From assembly GCA_038226425.1 (NCBI GenBank), contig JBBRQL010000001.1, positions 495-64,494 on the forward strand: DNA of 64,000 bases, in the 5' to 3' direction. Under the pieces are notes generated by a model. That model did not search any database. It was given only the letters and a program-made list of their open reading frames with translations, and was not told where the DNA came from. The stretch comes from Verrucomicrobiota bacterium (lineage in GTDB: Bacteria; Verrucomicrobiota; Verrucomicrobiia; Limisphaerales; UBA9464). The translations under genes and the position numbers were made by a program. Positions 45,417-55,882 of this stretch are shown piece by piece. Each line of letters begins with the position of its first letter. Positions within the stretch are counted from its first letter, which is position 1.

Positions 45417-46430
45417 ATGGCCACGCTCGCCCTATCGCGACTCCGCGCCCTTCTCGCCCGCGCCTCCGGGACGCGGATCCTGGTCGTCGGCGACGTGATG
45501 CTCGACCACTTCGTCTGGGGCCGGGTGACGCGCGTCTCGCCCGAGGCCCCGGTCCCCGTGGTCGAGTTCGAGCGGGAGAGCTTCATGCCGGGCGGAGCCG
45601 CGAACGTCGCCCGCAACCTCACGGACCTCGGCGCCGCCGCCGAGTTGTCCGGCGTCGTCGGCAAGGACCCGGACGCCGCCCGGCTCAAGCAGCTGCTGAC
45701 GGACCATCGGGTCGGGGCCTCCGGTCTGATCGCCTCGTCCGACCGGCTCACCGCCACCAAGACACGGATCGTCGCGCACCAACAGCAGGTCGTGCGCGTG
45801 GACCGCGAGACCCGCGGCGGGCTCGACGCGAAGACGACCCGCGCGCTGCTGCGTCGCATCGATGCCCTGTTGCCGCAGGCGGATGCCGTGAGCGTGGGCG
45901 ATTACGGCAAAGGCGTCGTTACCCAACCGCTGCTCGACGCGCTCAAGGAACGGTGCCGCGCCCAGGGCAAGTGGCTGAGCCTCGACCCCAAGCCGGTCCA
46001 CCAGCTCGACCTGCGCGGTCTCTCGCTGCTCACGCCGAACCGCAAGGAAGCGTTCGAGCTCGCCGGTCTCGGCGACACGACGCGCAACACGGACCCGTTG
46101 GCCGACGCCCAGTTGATGAAGGTCGCGGAACGGCTCCTCGCCGATCTGTCGCCGGCGCTGTTGCTCATCACCCTAGGCGAGCTCGGGATGCTCCTCTGCC
46201 GGCGTGGCGCGGGGCCGTACCACATCCCGACGGTCGCGCAGGAGGTCTTCGACGTCTCGGGCGCGGGCGACACCGTGATCGCCTCGTTCACGCTCGCGAT
46301 CGCGGCCGGCGCTTCTCCGGTCGAGGCGGCCATCTTCTCGAACCACGCCGCCGGCGTCGTCGTGGGCAAGGTCGGCACGGCGACGGTCACCCCGGAGGAA
46401 CTCGTCGCGAGTTTCGGAGGTGCCCGATGA
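45417..46430 (+). CDS. hldA: D-glycero-beta-D-manno-heptose-7-phosphate kinase (RfaE domain I type)
   Basis: ILVVGDVMLDHFVWG.V.R.SPEAPVPVV, GGAANVARN, LTPNRKE and DVSGAGDTVIA. ATG 45417 is preferred over the TTG at 45357. Confidence 0.88.
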   Translation: MATLALSRLRALLARASGTRILVVGDVMLDHFVWGRVTRVSPEAPVPVVEFERESFMPGGAANVARNLTDLGAAAELSGVVGKDPDAARLKQLLTDHRVGASGLIASSDRLTATKTRIVAHQQQVVRVDRETRGGLDAKTTRALLRRIDALLPQADAVSVGDYGKGVVTQPLLDALKERCRAQGKWLSLDPKPVHQLDLRGLSLLTPNRKEAFELAGLGDTTRNTDPLADAQLMKVAERLLADLSPALLLITLGELGMLLCRRGAGPYHIPTVAQEVFDVSGAGDTVIASFTLAIAAGASPVEAAIFSNHAAGVVVGKVGTATVTPEELVASFGGAR

Positions 46431-46978
46431 GCGCCCCGAGGCCGGCCGTCTTCCTCGACCGCGACGGGACCATCAACGTCGACCGCCATTACCTGAGCGA
46501 TCCGGCGAAGCTCGAGTTCTATCCTGGCGTCGGCCCTGCGCTGCGGCGGCTGATGGACGCGGGCTTCCTGCTCTTCGTCGTCACCAACCAGTCCGGGATC
46601 GGCCGCGGCTACTACACCGAGGCCGACATGCACGCCGTCAACGCCCGCATGTGCGCGCTGCTCGCGGCCGACGGCGTGGCCTTCGAGAAGATTTATTTCT
46701 CGCCCGAGGCGCCCGAGCAGCCGAGCCCCAACCGCAAGCCGTCGCCCCGGTCGCTGCTCGACGCGCGCGACGAGTTCGGCGTGGACCTGGCGCGCAGCTT
46801 CATGGTGGGCGACAAGCTCATCGACGTGGACACCGGCCGCAACGCCGGCTGCGCCGCGAGCCTGCTCGTCCGGACCGGCTACGGCGCGGAGACCGAGCGG
46901 AAGGAGGCGGCGAAACTCGTCGGTGCCGTGGTCGTGGACGACCTGCCCGGCGCGGTCGACTGGATCCTTGCGCGCTAA
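46427..46978 (+). CDS. gmhB: D-glycero-D-manno-heptose 1,7-bisphosphate phosphatase
   Basis: AVFLDRDGTIN, VVTNQSGIGRGYY, RKPSP and MVGDKLIDV. The start overlaps the hldA stop (ATGA). It is the last 183 codons of the 607-aa track ORF. Confidence 0.88.
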   Translation: MSAPRPAVFLDRDGTINVDRHYLSDPAKLEFYPGVGPALRRLMDAGFLLFVVTNQSGIGRGYYTEADMHAVNARMCALLAADGVAFEKIYFSPEAPEQPSPNRKPSPRSLLDARDEFGVDLARSFMVGDKLIDVDTGRNAGCAASLLVRTGYGAETERKEAAKLVGAVVVDDLPGAVDWILAR

Positions 46979-47709
46979 CGGGCCGCCGGACGGCGACCGT
47001 AGTTGATGCCCATCACGCCTCCGAGCAGGTCGGACACCTCGGTTTCTTCGTAGCCGAGTCCACGGAGCTTCGCGTCCACGCCGCGTTGGGCGGGATACTT
47101 CTGCAACGAATCGAGGATGTAGCCGTGGGTGTCCGCGTCGCCGCAGAAGAGTCGGCCGAACACCGGCACGCACCAGCGCAGGTAGGCGAAGTAGAGCCTT
47201 CGCCACGCCGCGAGCTCCGGCTTCCCGAAATCGAGCACCAGCAGACGCCCGCCCGGGCGAAGCACGCGCGTCAGCTCGCGCAGGCCGCGGTCGATGTCCG
47301 CCAGATTCCTCAACCCGTAGCTGATGGTCACGACGTCGAAGCACGCGTCCGCGAACGGCAGGCAGAGCGCGTCGCCCTGGATGAAGCGCGGCGCTGCGCG
47401 CGAGGAGCTTGGACGTGCCGCGGCACGGCGTCGGGCGACATCGAGCATCGGGGCGCTGAAGTCGAAGCCGGTGGCCTCGGCGCCGGCGCGGGCGAGGGCG
47501 AAGGTCACGTCGCCCGTGCCGCAGCAGACATCGAGCGCGTGTTCACCGGGGCGGACGGAAGCGAGCCGGACGAGGCGCCGCTTCCACACGCGGTGCAGGC
47601 CGAAGCTCTGGAGGTCGTTGATGAGGTCGTAGCGCGGCGCGACCGCGGCGAACAGGTCCTCGACCCTCGCCGCCCGCGTCTCGCCCTCGGCGTAGAACTT
47701 GCCAGCCAT
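46975..47709 (-). CDS. ubiE: demethylmenaquinone/ubiquinone C-methyltransferase
   Basis: YDLINDLQSFGLHRVWKR, LDVCCGTGD, YGLRN and PGGRLLVLDF. Its stop overlaps the gmhB stop by 4 bp (convergent genes). Confidence 0.9.
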   Translation of the reverse strand: MAGKFYAEGETRAARVEDLFAAVAPRYDLINDLQSFGLHRVWKRRLVRLASVRPGEHALDVCCGTGDVTFALARAGAEATGFDFSAPMLDVARRRAAARPSSSRAAPRFIQGDALCLPFADACFDVVTISYGLRNLADIDRGLRELTRVLRPGGRLLVLDFGKPELAAWRRLYFAYLRWCVPVFGRLFCGDADTHGYILDSLQKYPAQRGVDAKLRGLGYEETEVSDLLGGVMGINYGRRPAAR

Positions 47710-47833
47710 GGCTGCACGCTACGGGCAAACCGCCGGACACAAAAGCTCGGGCCGTCTCGCGTCCTGGATCTTCGCGAGTTTTCGCGACGCCTTTTGCCTT
47801 TTGCCGGCGGCGTTCGCTACCGTCGGCCCGCCG

Positions 47834-49045
47834 ATGAGCCGGGAACGACCTCGCATCTTATTCGTGGACCACGTCAGCAAGGTGCTGGGCGGGGCGGAGG
47901 TCAACCTGCTGGAGCTGCTCGCCTTCCCGGCGGCACGCGAGGGATGGGACGTCCATGTCGCCTGCGCGCCCGGCAGCCCGTTGGAAGCGGCGCTCGCGAA
48001 GCTCGGCGTGCCGCGCCACCCTTACGGTTTCGCACCGGCGTTGAACGAGCTCCGCGTGGTCGGGCGCGGCTTCAGCCCGATGGCCAAGTTCCGCGGCTGG
48101 CGGGAACTCCAGAACGCGACCGGTCGTCTTCGCGGGATCGCGGCCGCGGTGCGGCCCGACGTCCTGCTGTCGTGCACCAACAAGGACCACTTCGTCGCCG
48201 GGGCCGTGGCCGCGGGAAAGCCCAGCATCTGGTGGGTCAACGACATCGTGTCCGCCGATTTCTTCTCGTGGCCGGTGCGGCGGATGTTCTCCGCGAAGGC
48301 GAAGCAGCTCGCGACCCGTCTCGCGCCCGTCTCCGATTTCGGCCGGGCAGCCCTGCTCGCGGAAGGCATCCCGGAGGAACGGACCACGACCGTCCACAAC
48401 GGCATCCCGCTCGACCGCTACCGCCGGTCGAGCTCGACGCTGCTGCGCGACCAGCTCCGGCTCGGAGCGCGCGAACCGCTGTTCGGGCTCGTCGGCCGGG
48501 TGACGCCGTGGAAAGGGCAGGACCTGTTCATCCGCATCGCCGCCGGATGGGCGCGCCAAGGCCGGCCGGGGCGGTTCGCGATCATCGGCCGCGCGTTCAA
48601 CGAGGACGGGCCGTTCGAGGCGTCGCTCCACGATGCCGTGCGCCACCATGGCCTCGAGGGGCGCGTCCATTTCGTGGCGTTCCAGGCGGATATCGCGGCG
48701 ACGTTGTCGCAGCTCGACGTGCTGCTCCATTGCTCGACCAAGCCGGAGCCGTTCGGCCGCGTGGTCATCGAGGCGATGGCGGTCGGCGTGCCCGTGATCG
48801 GCGCGCGCGCCGGCGGCGTGCCGGAGATCCTGACCGACGGCGTCGACGGCCTGCTCGCCGCCCCGGGCAACGTCGGTGATTATCTCCGCCGGCTGACGGC
48901 GCTGATGGATGCCCCGGCGCTCCGCGCGTCGTTGGCCGTGGCCGGTCGGCGGACGGTCGAGCAGCGCTTCACGTTGGATCGCGTCCACGCCGATTTCTCT
49001 CGCATGGTCGGAGCCGTGTTGCCGCCGGCCGGGACCGCTTGCTAG
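47834..49045 (+). CDS. family 4 glycosyltransferase (GT-B)
   Basis: Start ATG 47834 (MSRERPRILFVDH). C-terminal EPFGRVVIEAMAVGVPVIGARAGGVPEIL (E-x7-E region). Confidence 0.88.
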   Translation: MSRERPRILFVDHVSKVLGGAEVNLLELLAFPAAREGWDVHVACAPGSPLEAALAKLGVPRHPYGFAPALNELRVVGRGFSPMAKFRGWRELQNATGRLRGIAAAVRPDVLLSCTNKDHFVAGAVAAGKPSIWWVNDIVSADFFSWPVRRMFSAKAKQLATRLAPVSDFGRAALLAEGIPEERTTTVHNGIPLDRYRRSSSTLLRDQLRLGAREPLFGLVGRVTPWKGQDLFIRIAAGWARQGRPGRFAIIGRAFNEDGPFEASLHDAVRHHGLEGRVHFVAFQADIAATLSQLDVLLHCSTKPEPFGRVVIEAMAVGVPVIGARAGGVPEILTDGVDGLLAAPGNVGDYLRRLTALMDAPALRASLAVAGRRTVEQRFTLDRVHADFSRMVGAVLPPAGTAC

Positions 49046-49061
49046 CACTGCTCCGCCCGCG

Positions 49062-50270
49062 ATGCGCTTCATCTTCCTCACCCTCGGCTACACGCCGGAC
49101 ATCGATGGCGGCGGGTACCGTTACGCGACCGAGGTGGCAGAGATGTTGGCGGCGCGCGGCCACGAGGTCCACGCGGTGTTCCCGAACCCCGGCAACCGCT
49201 TCCCGGAGCAGGAGACCCGGCGCGGGGTCGCCCTGCACCGTGTGCCGAAGGTCGGCGGCGGATTCCTCTCGAACTTCCGCGCCGCGAACCGGGCCGCCCG
49301 CGGCGTCGTGCGGGGGCTTCTTTCGACGTCCGCCGAGCCGACGCTGCTGTTCTCGCACCAAGCGTATCTTTCGCCGGCGTTGCGCCGGCTGCCGTTCGTG
49401 ATGGTTCTGCAGGGGCCGTGGGGCTTGGAGCACCGGTTCGCGCGGCAGGCGGTCGCCCGGACCTGGCCGAGGCGGATGCTGGACGAGTTGGTCTGCGCGG
49501 CGATGACGCGGATCGAGCGGCGTTCGGTGGCGACCGCGCGGAGGGTCTTCGTCGCGAGCGAGTACTCGCGGTCGAAGCTGCCCGAGTGGCATCCGGGCCT
49601 GGACCCTGCGACCGAGGTCATCGGCGGCGGCGCGGATTTCAGCCGCTTCCATCCGCCGGCCGACCGGGCTGCGATCCGGCGCGAGCGCGGTCTGGGCGAA
49701 GACGACCTCCTCTTCCTGGCGGTGCGGCGTCTGGATCCACGCATGGGCCTGGGGCAGCTCGTGGACGGCTTCGCGCAGGTCTCGGCGGCGGCGCCTCGGG
49801 CGCGGTTGTGGATCGCTGGCAAAGGCGCGCAACGCGACGAGCTTCAGCGGCGCATCGATGCGGCGGGGCTGCGCGGTCGGGCGGAGCTGCGCGGCTTCGT
49901 CGCGGAGGAGGAGCTGCCGCGGCTCTACGGCGCGGCCGACTGCGTGATCATGCCGTCGCTCGACCTGGAAGGCTTCGGCCTGGCGACCGCGGAGTCGCTC
50001 GCGTGCGGCACACCGGTCGTCGCGTCGCGCGCCGGCGCGAACCCCGAGCTGGTGCGGCCGCTCGGCGACGGTCTCCTCTTCGAGCCGGGCGACGTGGCAT
50101 CGTTGGCGACGGCGTTGCGGGACGTCCTCTCGGGCCGGCTCGCGTTGCCGTCGAGGGTTCGTTGCCTAGAGTACGCGCGGGCGGAGTTCCGGTGGGACCG
50201 GCCGTGCGACGCCATCGAGTGCGCGCACGCCGCGTCCGCGCTGCGCGGTTGGCCGGAGGGCCTGCGATGA
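49062..50270 (+). CDS. family 4 glycosyltransferase (GT-B)
   Basis: Start ATG 49062 (MRFIFLTLGYTPDIDGGGY). PSLDLEGFGLATAESLACGTPVVASRAGANPELV. Confidence 0.88.
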   Translation: MRFIFLTLGYTPDIDGGGYRYATEVAEMLAARGHEVHAVFPNPGNRFPEQETRRGVALHRVPKVGGGFLSNFRAANRAARGVVRGLLSTSAEPTLLFSHQAYLSPALRRLPFVMVLQGPWGLEHRFARQAVARTWPRRMLDELVCAAMTRIERRSVATARRVFVASEYSRSKLPEWHPGLDPATEVIGGGADFSRFHPPADRAAIRRERGLGEDDLLFLAVRRLDPRMGLGQLVDGFAQVSAAAPRARLWIAGKGAQRDELQRRIDAAGLRGRAELRGFVAEEELPRLYGAADCVIMPSLDLEGFGLATAESLACGTPVVASRAGANPELVRPLGDGLLFEPGDVASLATALRDVLSGRLALPSRVRCLEYARAEFRWDRPCDAIECAHAASALRGWPEGLR

Positions 50271-51397
50271 AGGTCCTGGAGCTCGGAAAATTCTACCCGC
50301 CCGAGCGCGGCGGGATCGAGACCTTGCTCAAGCTCTGGTGCGAGGGCTTCGTCGCGGCGGGCGACGAGGTGGATTGCGTCGTCGCGAACACGACGGCCCG
50401 CACCGTGACCGAGACGCTGGGCGGCGTACGCGTCCACCGCTTGGCGAGCCATGGCATGGCGCTGGGCACCTCGCTCTGCCCGTCGTACCTCTCGGCCCCG
50501 CGGCGGATCGCGGCGGACATCGTCCATGCCCATTTTCCGAACCCGTTGGCCGACCTCGCGTGCCTGCGGACGCCGAAGGGCACGCCGGTGGTCCTGAGCT
50601 GGCACAGCGACATCGTGCGGCAGCGGGCGGTGATGGGCCTGTACAAGCCGCTCCAGACCGCGCTGCTGCGGCGCGCGGACCGCATCGTGGTGGCGACGCC
50701 GAACCATCTCGAGTTCTCGCCATGGCTTCCGGCGTTCCGCGAGAAGGTGGAGGTGATCCCCTTCGGCCTGGACCTCGCACGCTTCGCGCCGGGGGCGTTC
50801 GACCCGGCCAAGGTGGCCGCCTTGCGGGCGCGGGCGGGCGGGCGGGCGATCTTGCTGAATGTCGGCCGCCTCGTCGGCTACAAGGGCCAGCGGCACGCCA
50901 TCGAGGCGTTGGCGGAGCTGCCGGGCGCGGAGCTCTGGCTCGTGGGCACCGGGCCGCTGGAGACGGCTTTGCGCACGGCCGCCGCGGCGTGCGGCGTGGC
51001 GGACCGCGTCGTCTTCCACGGCGACGTGGCCGACGCGGACCTGCCGTGCTTCTTCCAGGCGTGCGACATCTTCGTGTTCCCGTCGGTGACGCCGAACGAG
51101 GCGTTCGGGCTCGTGCAGGTCGAGGCGATGGCGTGCGGGAAACCGGTGGTGGCCTGCACGCTGCGGTCGGGCGTGCCCTGGGTCTGCGCGGACGGCGTGA
51201 CCGGCCTGACCGTGCCGCCCGGTGATAGCTCCGCGCTGGCGCTTGCGCTCCGGCGGCTTCTGGGCGAGGAATCCCTCCGTCTTCGGTTGGGTGAAGCAGG
51301 ACGGCAGCGTGCCCGGGAGGAGTTCGCCTCCGCGGTGATGGTGGAACGCTATCGCTCGCTCTTCGCCCGGCTCCGCGGACCAACCCGGCTCGGATGA
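50267..51397 (+). CDS. family 4 glycosyltransferase (GT-B)
   Basis: Start ATG 50267 overlaps the previous stop (ATGA). MKVLELGKFYPPERGGIE. PSVTPNEAFGLVQVEAMACGKPVVACTL. Confidence 0.88.
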   Translation: MKVLELGKFYPPERGGIETLLKLWCEGFVAAGDEVDCVVANTTARTVTETLGGVRVHRLASHGMALGTSLCPSYLSAPRRIAADIVHAHFPNPLADLACLRTPKGTPVVLSWHSDIVRQRAVMGLYKPLQTALLRRADRIVVATPNHLEFSPWLPAFREKVEVIPFGLDLARFAPGAFDPAKVAALRARAGGRAILLNVGRLVGYKGQRHAIEALAELPGAELWLVGTGPLETALRTAAAACGVADRVVFHGDVADADLPCFFQACDIFVFPSVTPNEAFGLVQVEAMACGKPVVACTLRSGVPWVCADGVTGLTVPPGDSSALALALRRLLGEESLRLRLGEAGRQRAREEFASAVMVERYRSLFARLRGPTRLG

Positions 51398-52482
51398 GCT
51401 ACAAGACCTATCTCGTCATGCTGTCCGTGTCGGCCTTCGGGGCGTTCTGGCTCACGCCGTTCGCCGCTTGGCTGGCCCGGAGATGCGGAGCCATGGACCT
51501 GCCGGACAAGCGCAAGGTCCACTCGCGTCCGATGCCCCGCATGGGCGGCGTCGCGGTGTACCTCGGCTTCCTGTTGCCGTGGGCCGGCCTCTATCTGCTC
51601 CACAATCCGGTGGCCGATGAGTTCAAGAACTACGAGACGGCCTTCTTCACGCTGATCATCGGGGCGACGGCCATGTTCGCGCTGGGTGTCTACGACGACA
51701 TCAAGGGGGCCGACGCGACGAAGAAATTCCTGGTCCAGACCGGCATCGCCATCGGCCTGTGGGTCGGCGGGTACCGGATCGAGACCTTCCAGAACCCCCT
51801 CGGCGACGTCATCCGGCTCGGCTGGTTCAGCCTGCCGGTCACCCTGCTCTGGATCGTCGGGGTCACCAACGCCATCAACCTGCTCGACGGCATCGACGGC
51901 CTCGTCTCCGGCGTCACCGTGTGCATGGCGATCGCGTTGGCCGTCATCAGCGCCATCACCGGCCATGTCGTCGTGGCGCTGCTGACGGTGGCCCTGGCCG
52001 GGGCCTGCCTCGGGTTCTTGCCGCACAACCATTCCCCGGCGCGGATCTTCCTCGGCGATTCGGGCAGCCTGACGATCGGGCTGGTGCTCTCGTGCGTCGG
52101 CATCATCTCGCTGTTCAAGGAGCACGACCACGCGGCCAGCCCGCTGGTCTCGGTGCCGCTGATCCTCTTCGGCCTGCCGCTCTTCGACACGTTGCGCGTC
52201 ATGTTCAAGCGTTGGCGCCGCGGCGTCTCGGTGTTCCACGCGGACAAGAGCCACGTGCACCACCGCCTGCTCTCGCTCGGGTTCAACCATCGGCAAGCGT
52301 CCTGGCTGCTCTACGGGGTGGCCTTCGCGACCGGGACGTTCGCGGTGCTGCTGACCGCGGTGGGGATCGACCGCCAGCTCCAGCTCACCGTGCTGTTCGC
52401 ACTGCTCGCTGCCGGCGTCGTGGCGCTCTGGAAGCTTCGTTTCCGCGCCGCCTTCGCGAAGACGGAAGAGTCCGTCGACTGA
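51394..52482 (+). CDS. polyprenyl-phosphate HexNAc-1-phosphate transferase (MraY/WecA family)
   Basis: MDLPDKRKVHSRPMPRMGG, YDDIKG, NAINLLDGIDGL and FLGDSGSL. The start overlaps the previous stop (ATGA). Confidence 0.9.
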   Translation: MSYKTYLVMLSVSAFGAFWLTPFAAWLARRCGAMDLPDKRKVHSRPMPRMGGVAVYLGFLLPWAGLYLLHNPVADEFKNYETAFFTLIIGATAMFALGVYDDIKGADATKKFLVQTGIAIGLWVGGYRIETFQNPLGDVIRLGWFSLPVTLLWIVGVTNAINLLDGIDGLVSGVTVCMAIALAVISAITGHVVVALLTVALAGACLGFLPHNHSPARIFLGDSGSLTIGLVLSCVGIISLFKEHDHAASPLVSVPLILFGLPLFDTLRVMFKRWRRGVSVFHADKSHVHHRLLSLGFNHRQASWLLYGVAFATGTFAVLLTAVGIDRQLQLTVLFALLAAGVVALWKLRFRAAFAKTEESVD

Positions 52483-52492
52483 AGGAGCCGGG

Positions 52493-53683
52493 ATGCTCGC
52501 CCTCGAGACCGCCCGCGAGCGCCTGCTTTCCGCCCTCGTCGCGCTCCCAGCCGAGTCCGTGCTCGTCGCGGCTGCCGATGGCCGCGTCGCTGCGTCCGAC
52601 TTAGCCACCCCCAGCGACCTGCCGCCCTTCGACAACTCCGCGATGGACGGCTACGCCGTGCGCGCCGCGGACACCGCGACCGTCCCAGTGCCGCTCCAGG
52701 TGGTCGGTCGGTCGGCCGCGGGCGACGGTTTCGCCGGCACCGTCGGCCCGGGCGGATGCGTCCGCGTCTTCACCGGCGCGCCGATGCCCGCGGGCACTGA
52801 TGCCGTGGTGATGCAAGAAGACGTCGACGTCGACCCTGCCGACCCGACGCGTGTGGTCGTCCGCGAAGGCGTGAAGCCGTGGGAGGACGTCCGGTTCCGG
52901 GGCGAGGACGTCCGGAGAGGCGCGCGGATCGTCGCCGCCGGCACAGTGCTCGGGCCGCAGCAGATCGCTCTGCTCGGCGCAGCCGGGTTTGCCGAGGTGA
53001 CGGTCCATCGCGCTCCGCGGGTGGTGGTCCTGGCGAACGGGTCCGAGCTCCGTCCGCCCGGCGCGCCGCTCGGGCCGGGCGAGATCCACGAGAGCAACAC
53101 CGCCATGCTCGCCGCGCTGGTCCGCCGCGCCGGCGGCGTCCCGGTGGCGGTGCGGTGCGTGCCGGACGATGCGGCCATGCTCCGGTCGGCTTTGGCCGAG
53201 GCCTTCGCGGTGGCGGACGTGGTGGTCACCGTGGGCGGCGCATCGGTGGGCGAGCACGACCTCGTGAAGGCGGAGTTCACCGCGCTCGGCGGCGAGCTCG
53301 AGTTCTGGAGATTGGCGCTCAAGCCCGGGAAACCGTTCTTCTTCGGTCGCCACGAGGGAAAGTTCCTCTTCGGGCTGCCGGGCAACCCGGTTTCGGCATT
53401 CGTCACCTCGGTGCTGCTCGTGCTGCCGGCGTTGCGCCGGCTGCAAGGGATCGCCGACCACGGTCCGCCCTCGACTCCGGGCACGTTGGACGGCCCGCTC
53501 TCAAACCCCGATGGACGCCGGCATTTTGTCCGCGTCGCGACCGATGCGGACGGCAGGGTCCGCCCCAGCGGAGCGCAGGCGTCGCATCTGCTCGGATCGC
53601 TCGCGGCGGCCGACGGGTTGGTCGACGTGCCGCCGCGCACGACGTGGGCGACCGGGACGGCGGTCCGCGTGATCCGTTGGTGA
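52493..53683 (+). CDS. moeA: molybdopterin molybdenumtransferase
   Basis: PPFDNSAMDGYAVR, GAPMPAGTDAVVMQE, EIHESN, GGASVGEHD and KPGKPFFFG...LPGNPVSA. AAGGAG lies 5 nt upstream of the ATG. Confidence 0.9.
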   Translation: MLALETARERLLSALVALPAESVLVAAADGRVAASDLATPSDLPPFDNSAMDGYAVRAADTATVPVPLQVVGRSAAGDGFAGTVGPGGCVRVFTGAPMPAGTDAVVMQEDVDVDPADPTRVVVREGVKPWEDVRFRGEDVRRGARIVAAGTVLGPQQIALLGAAGFAEVTVHRAPRVVVLANGSELRPPGAPLGPGEIHESNTAMLAALVRRAGGVPVAVRCVPDDAAMLRSALAEAFAVADVVVTVGGASVGEHDLVKAEFTALGGELEFWRLALKPGKPFFFGRHEGKFLFGLPGNPVSAFVTSVLLVLPALRRLQGIADHGPPSTPGTLDGPLSNPDGRRHFVRVATDADGRVRPSGAQASHLLGSLAAADGLVDVPPRTTWATGTAVRVIRW

Positions 53684-53768
53684 GACCACCGCGAGACCTG
53701 GCATCGCCGGGATCCGCCGCAGTTCCGTCTTCCGCCCGGGAGGTGCCGCTTGGCAAGGTGGTCTGACC

Positions 53769-54962
53769 GTGCGCGAGTCGTGGCGAGAATTCTCCGAGCA
53801 GGCCGAGACGTGGCTGCTCGATGTCATCTTCCAGCAACGGCCCGGCAAGAAGGCCGCGGCCGTCCGCTTCGTGCTGCTCCTGCTCAGCCGTGTGTTCGGT
53901 GTCGCGGTGAAGCTCCGGCGCGTGCTCTACAACGCGCGCATCCTCCGCGATTCCACGCTCGGCGTGCAGGTCATCGCCATCGGCAACCTCACCGTCGGCG
54001 GCACCGGCAAGACGCCCGTCGTCGAGAAGTTCGCCCGCGCGCTGCAGGACGCCGGCCGCAAGGTCGCCATCCTCTCCCGCGGCTACCGCTCTCGTCCGAA
54101 GCCCCTCCGCGAGCGCCTGCTCGACAAGCTCCTGCTGCGCGAGGACACCACGCCGCCCCGCGTCGTGAGCGACGGCACTTCTCTGCTGCTCGATTCCGAG
54201 ACCTCCGGCGACGAGCCCTACATGCTTGCGTCGAACCTCCGCGACGTCGTCGTCCTCGTGGACAAGGACCGAGTGAAGGCCGGTCGCTACGCGGTCGAGC
54301 GCTTCGGTTGCGACACGCTGCTGCTCGACGACGGCTTCCAGTACTGGAAGCTCCGCGGCCGCCGCACCGATGTCGTCTTGGTGGATGCCCAGCAACCGTT
54401 CGGCAACGAGTATCTGCTCCCGCGCGGCACGCTCCGCGAACCACCGTCGCACCTCTCCCGAGCCAACGTCGTCTTCCTGACCAAGGTCGACCGCGGCACA
54501 CCTGAGCGCAGCCGCCGGACGGACGACCTGCGCGTCCGTCTCGCGCGGCTCAATCCGCGCGCCGAGATCGTGGAGTGCGTCCATCATCCGCTCTATTTCG
54601 AGGACGTCTTCACCGGCGAGCGCGCCGGGCTCGAGCTGCTCCAAGGGAAGCGCGTCGCCAGCTTCAGCGGCATCGCGCAGCCGGAGAGCTTCGAGCAGAA
54701 GCTCGTGGAGCTCGGCGCCGAGGTCGTGCTCGCGCGGCGCTTCGCCGACCACCACCGCTTCAGCCAGCAGGAGGTCCTCGACGCCATCAACCGCGCCAAG
54801 AAACGCCGCGCCGACATGGTGGTGACCACGCAGAAGGACGCCGTGCGCTTCCCCAAGCTCGACCGCCGCGACGTGCCCATCTGGTTCATGCGCGTCGAGA
54901 TCAAGATCACTGCCGGTGCAGGTGGATTCGACGAGGCCGTCCGCCGCATCTGCTTCAAGTGA
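53769..54962 (+). CDS. lpxK: tetraacyldisaccharide 4'-kinase
   Basis: VIAIGNLTVGGTGKTPVVE (P-loop), ILSRGY, LLDDGFQ and a GTG start. Confidence 0.9.
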   Translation: MRESWREFSEQAETWLLDVIFQQRPGKKAAAVRFVLLLLSRVFGVAVKLRRVLYNARILRDSTLGVQVIAIGNLTVGGTGKTPVVEKFARALQDAGRKVAILSRGYRSRPKPLRERLLDKLLLREDTTPPRVVSDGTSLLLDSETSGDEPYMLASNLRDVVVLVDKDRVKAGRYAVERFGCDTLLLDDGFQYWKLRGRRTDVVLVDAQQPFGNEYLLPRGTLREPPSHLSRANVVFLTKVDRGTPERSRRTDDLRVRLARLNPRAEIVECVHHPLYFEDVFTGERAGLELLQGKRVASFSGIAQPESFEQKLVELGAEVVLARRFADHHRFSQQEVLDAINRAKKRRADMVVTTQKDAVRFPKLDRRDVPIWFMRVEIKITAGAGGFDEAVRRICFK

Positions 54963-55882
54963 ACGCGCTCATCGTCCTCCTCGCCCGCGCGTTCATCGCG
55001 CTGGTCCAGGCGCTGCCGCTGGACCTCGTGGCGCGCATCGGCCGCGCGGGCGGCGCGGTCGCCTTCGTCCTCGACGCGCGCCACCGCAAGGTCGCGCTCG
55101 CGAACCTCGACCTCGTGTTCGCCGCCGAGAAGTCCGCGGACGAGCGCCGCGCCGTCGCGAAGGAGAACTTCCGACGGCTCGGCGAGAACTACCTCTGCGC
55201 GCTCAAGACCGCGTCGATGTCGTCCGCCGCCATCGCCGAGCGGCTCGAATGGGTCGGGTTGCACGAGGCCGTCCCGGCAGGCGGCCAAAGCGTGGTCGCG
55301 GCGGTCGGGCACTTCGGCAACTTCGAGCTCTACGCTCGTTCGTCGGAACAGCTTCCCGGCTGGACCATCGCGACCACCTACCGCGCGCTGCGCCAACCGG
55401 CATTGAACCAGATCTTCCTCGGGCTGCGTGAACGGAGCGGCACCCGCTTCTTCGAGCGGCGGACCGAGGCGGACCAGATCCGCAAGGCGATGAACGCCGG
55501 CCATACCATGCTCGCGCTCTTGACCGACCAGCACGGCGGCGACCGCGGGCTTTGGCTGCCCTTCCTCGGCCACGATTGCTCGTGCAACCCGGCCTGCGCC
55601 GTCTTCGCGCTGCGCTACGACGCCCCGATCTTCACCGCCGTCTGCTACCGCACCGGGCTCGCGCGCTGGCGGATCGAGGCCGGTCCGGTGATCCCGGTCC
55701 GCGATGCCGCCGGGGCGCCCAGGACCGTCGAGGCGCTCATGCGCGACATCAACGCCGCGCTCGAGGCCGGTGTCCGGCGGGACCCGGCCAACTGGTTCTG
55801 GGTCCACCGCCGCTGGAAACCCCCGAGCCGCCGGCAGCAGCCCGGGGCACAGGCTCCGGCGCAGCCCGACGAGGAAGGATGA
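54959..55882 (+). CDS. lipid A biosynthesis (LpxL/HtrB-like) lysophospholipid acyltransferase family protein
   Basis: GTG 54959 overlaps the lpxK stop (GTGA). GHFGNFEL is the H(X)4-type acyltransferase motif region. DQHGGDRGLWLPFLG and DPANWFWVHRRWK are also present. It is the last 307 codons of the 435-aa track ORF. Confidence 0.82.
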   Translation: MNALIVLLARAFIALVQALPLDLVARIGRAGGAVAFVLDARHRKVALANLDLVFAAEKSADERRAVAKENFRRLGENYLCALKTASMSSAAIAERLEWVGLHEAVPAGGQSVVAAVGHFGNFELYARSSEQLPGWTIATTYRALRQPALNQIFLGLRERSGTRFFERRTEADQIRKAMNAGHTMLALLTDQHGGDRGLWLPFLGHDCSCNPACAVFALRYDAPIFTAVCYRTGLARWRIEAGPVIPVRDAAGAPRTVEALMRDINAALEAGVRRDPANWFWVHRRWKPPSRRQQPGAQAPAQPDEEG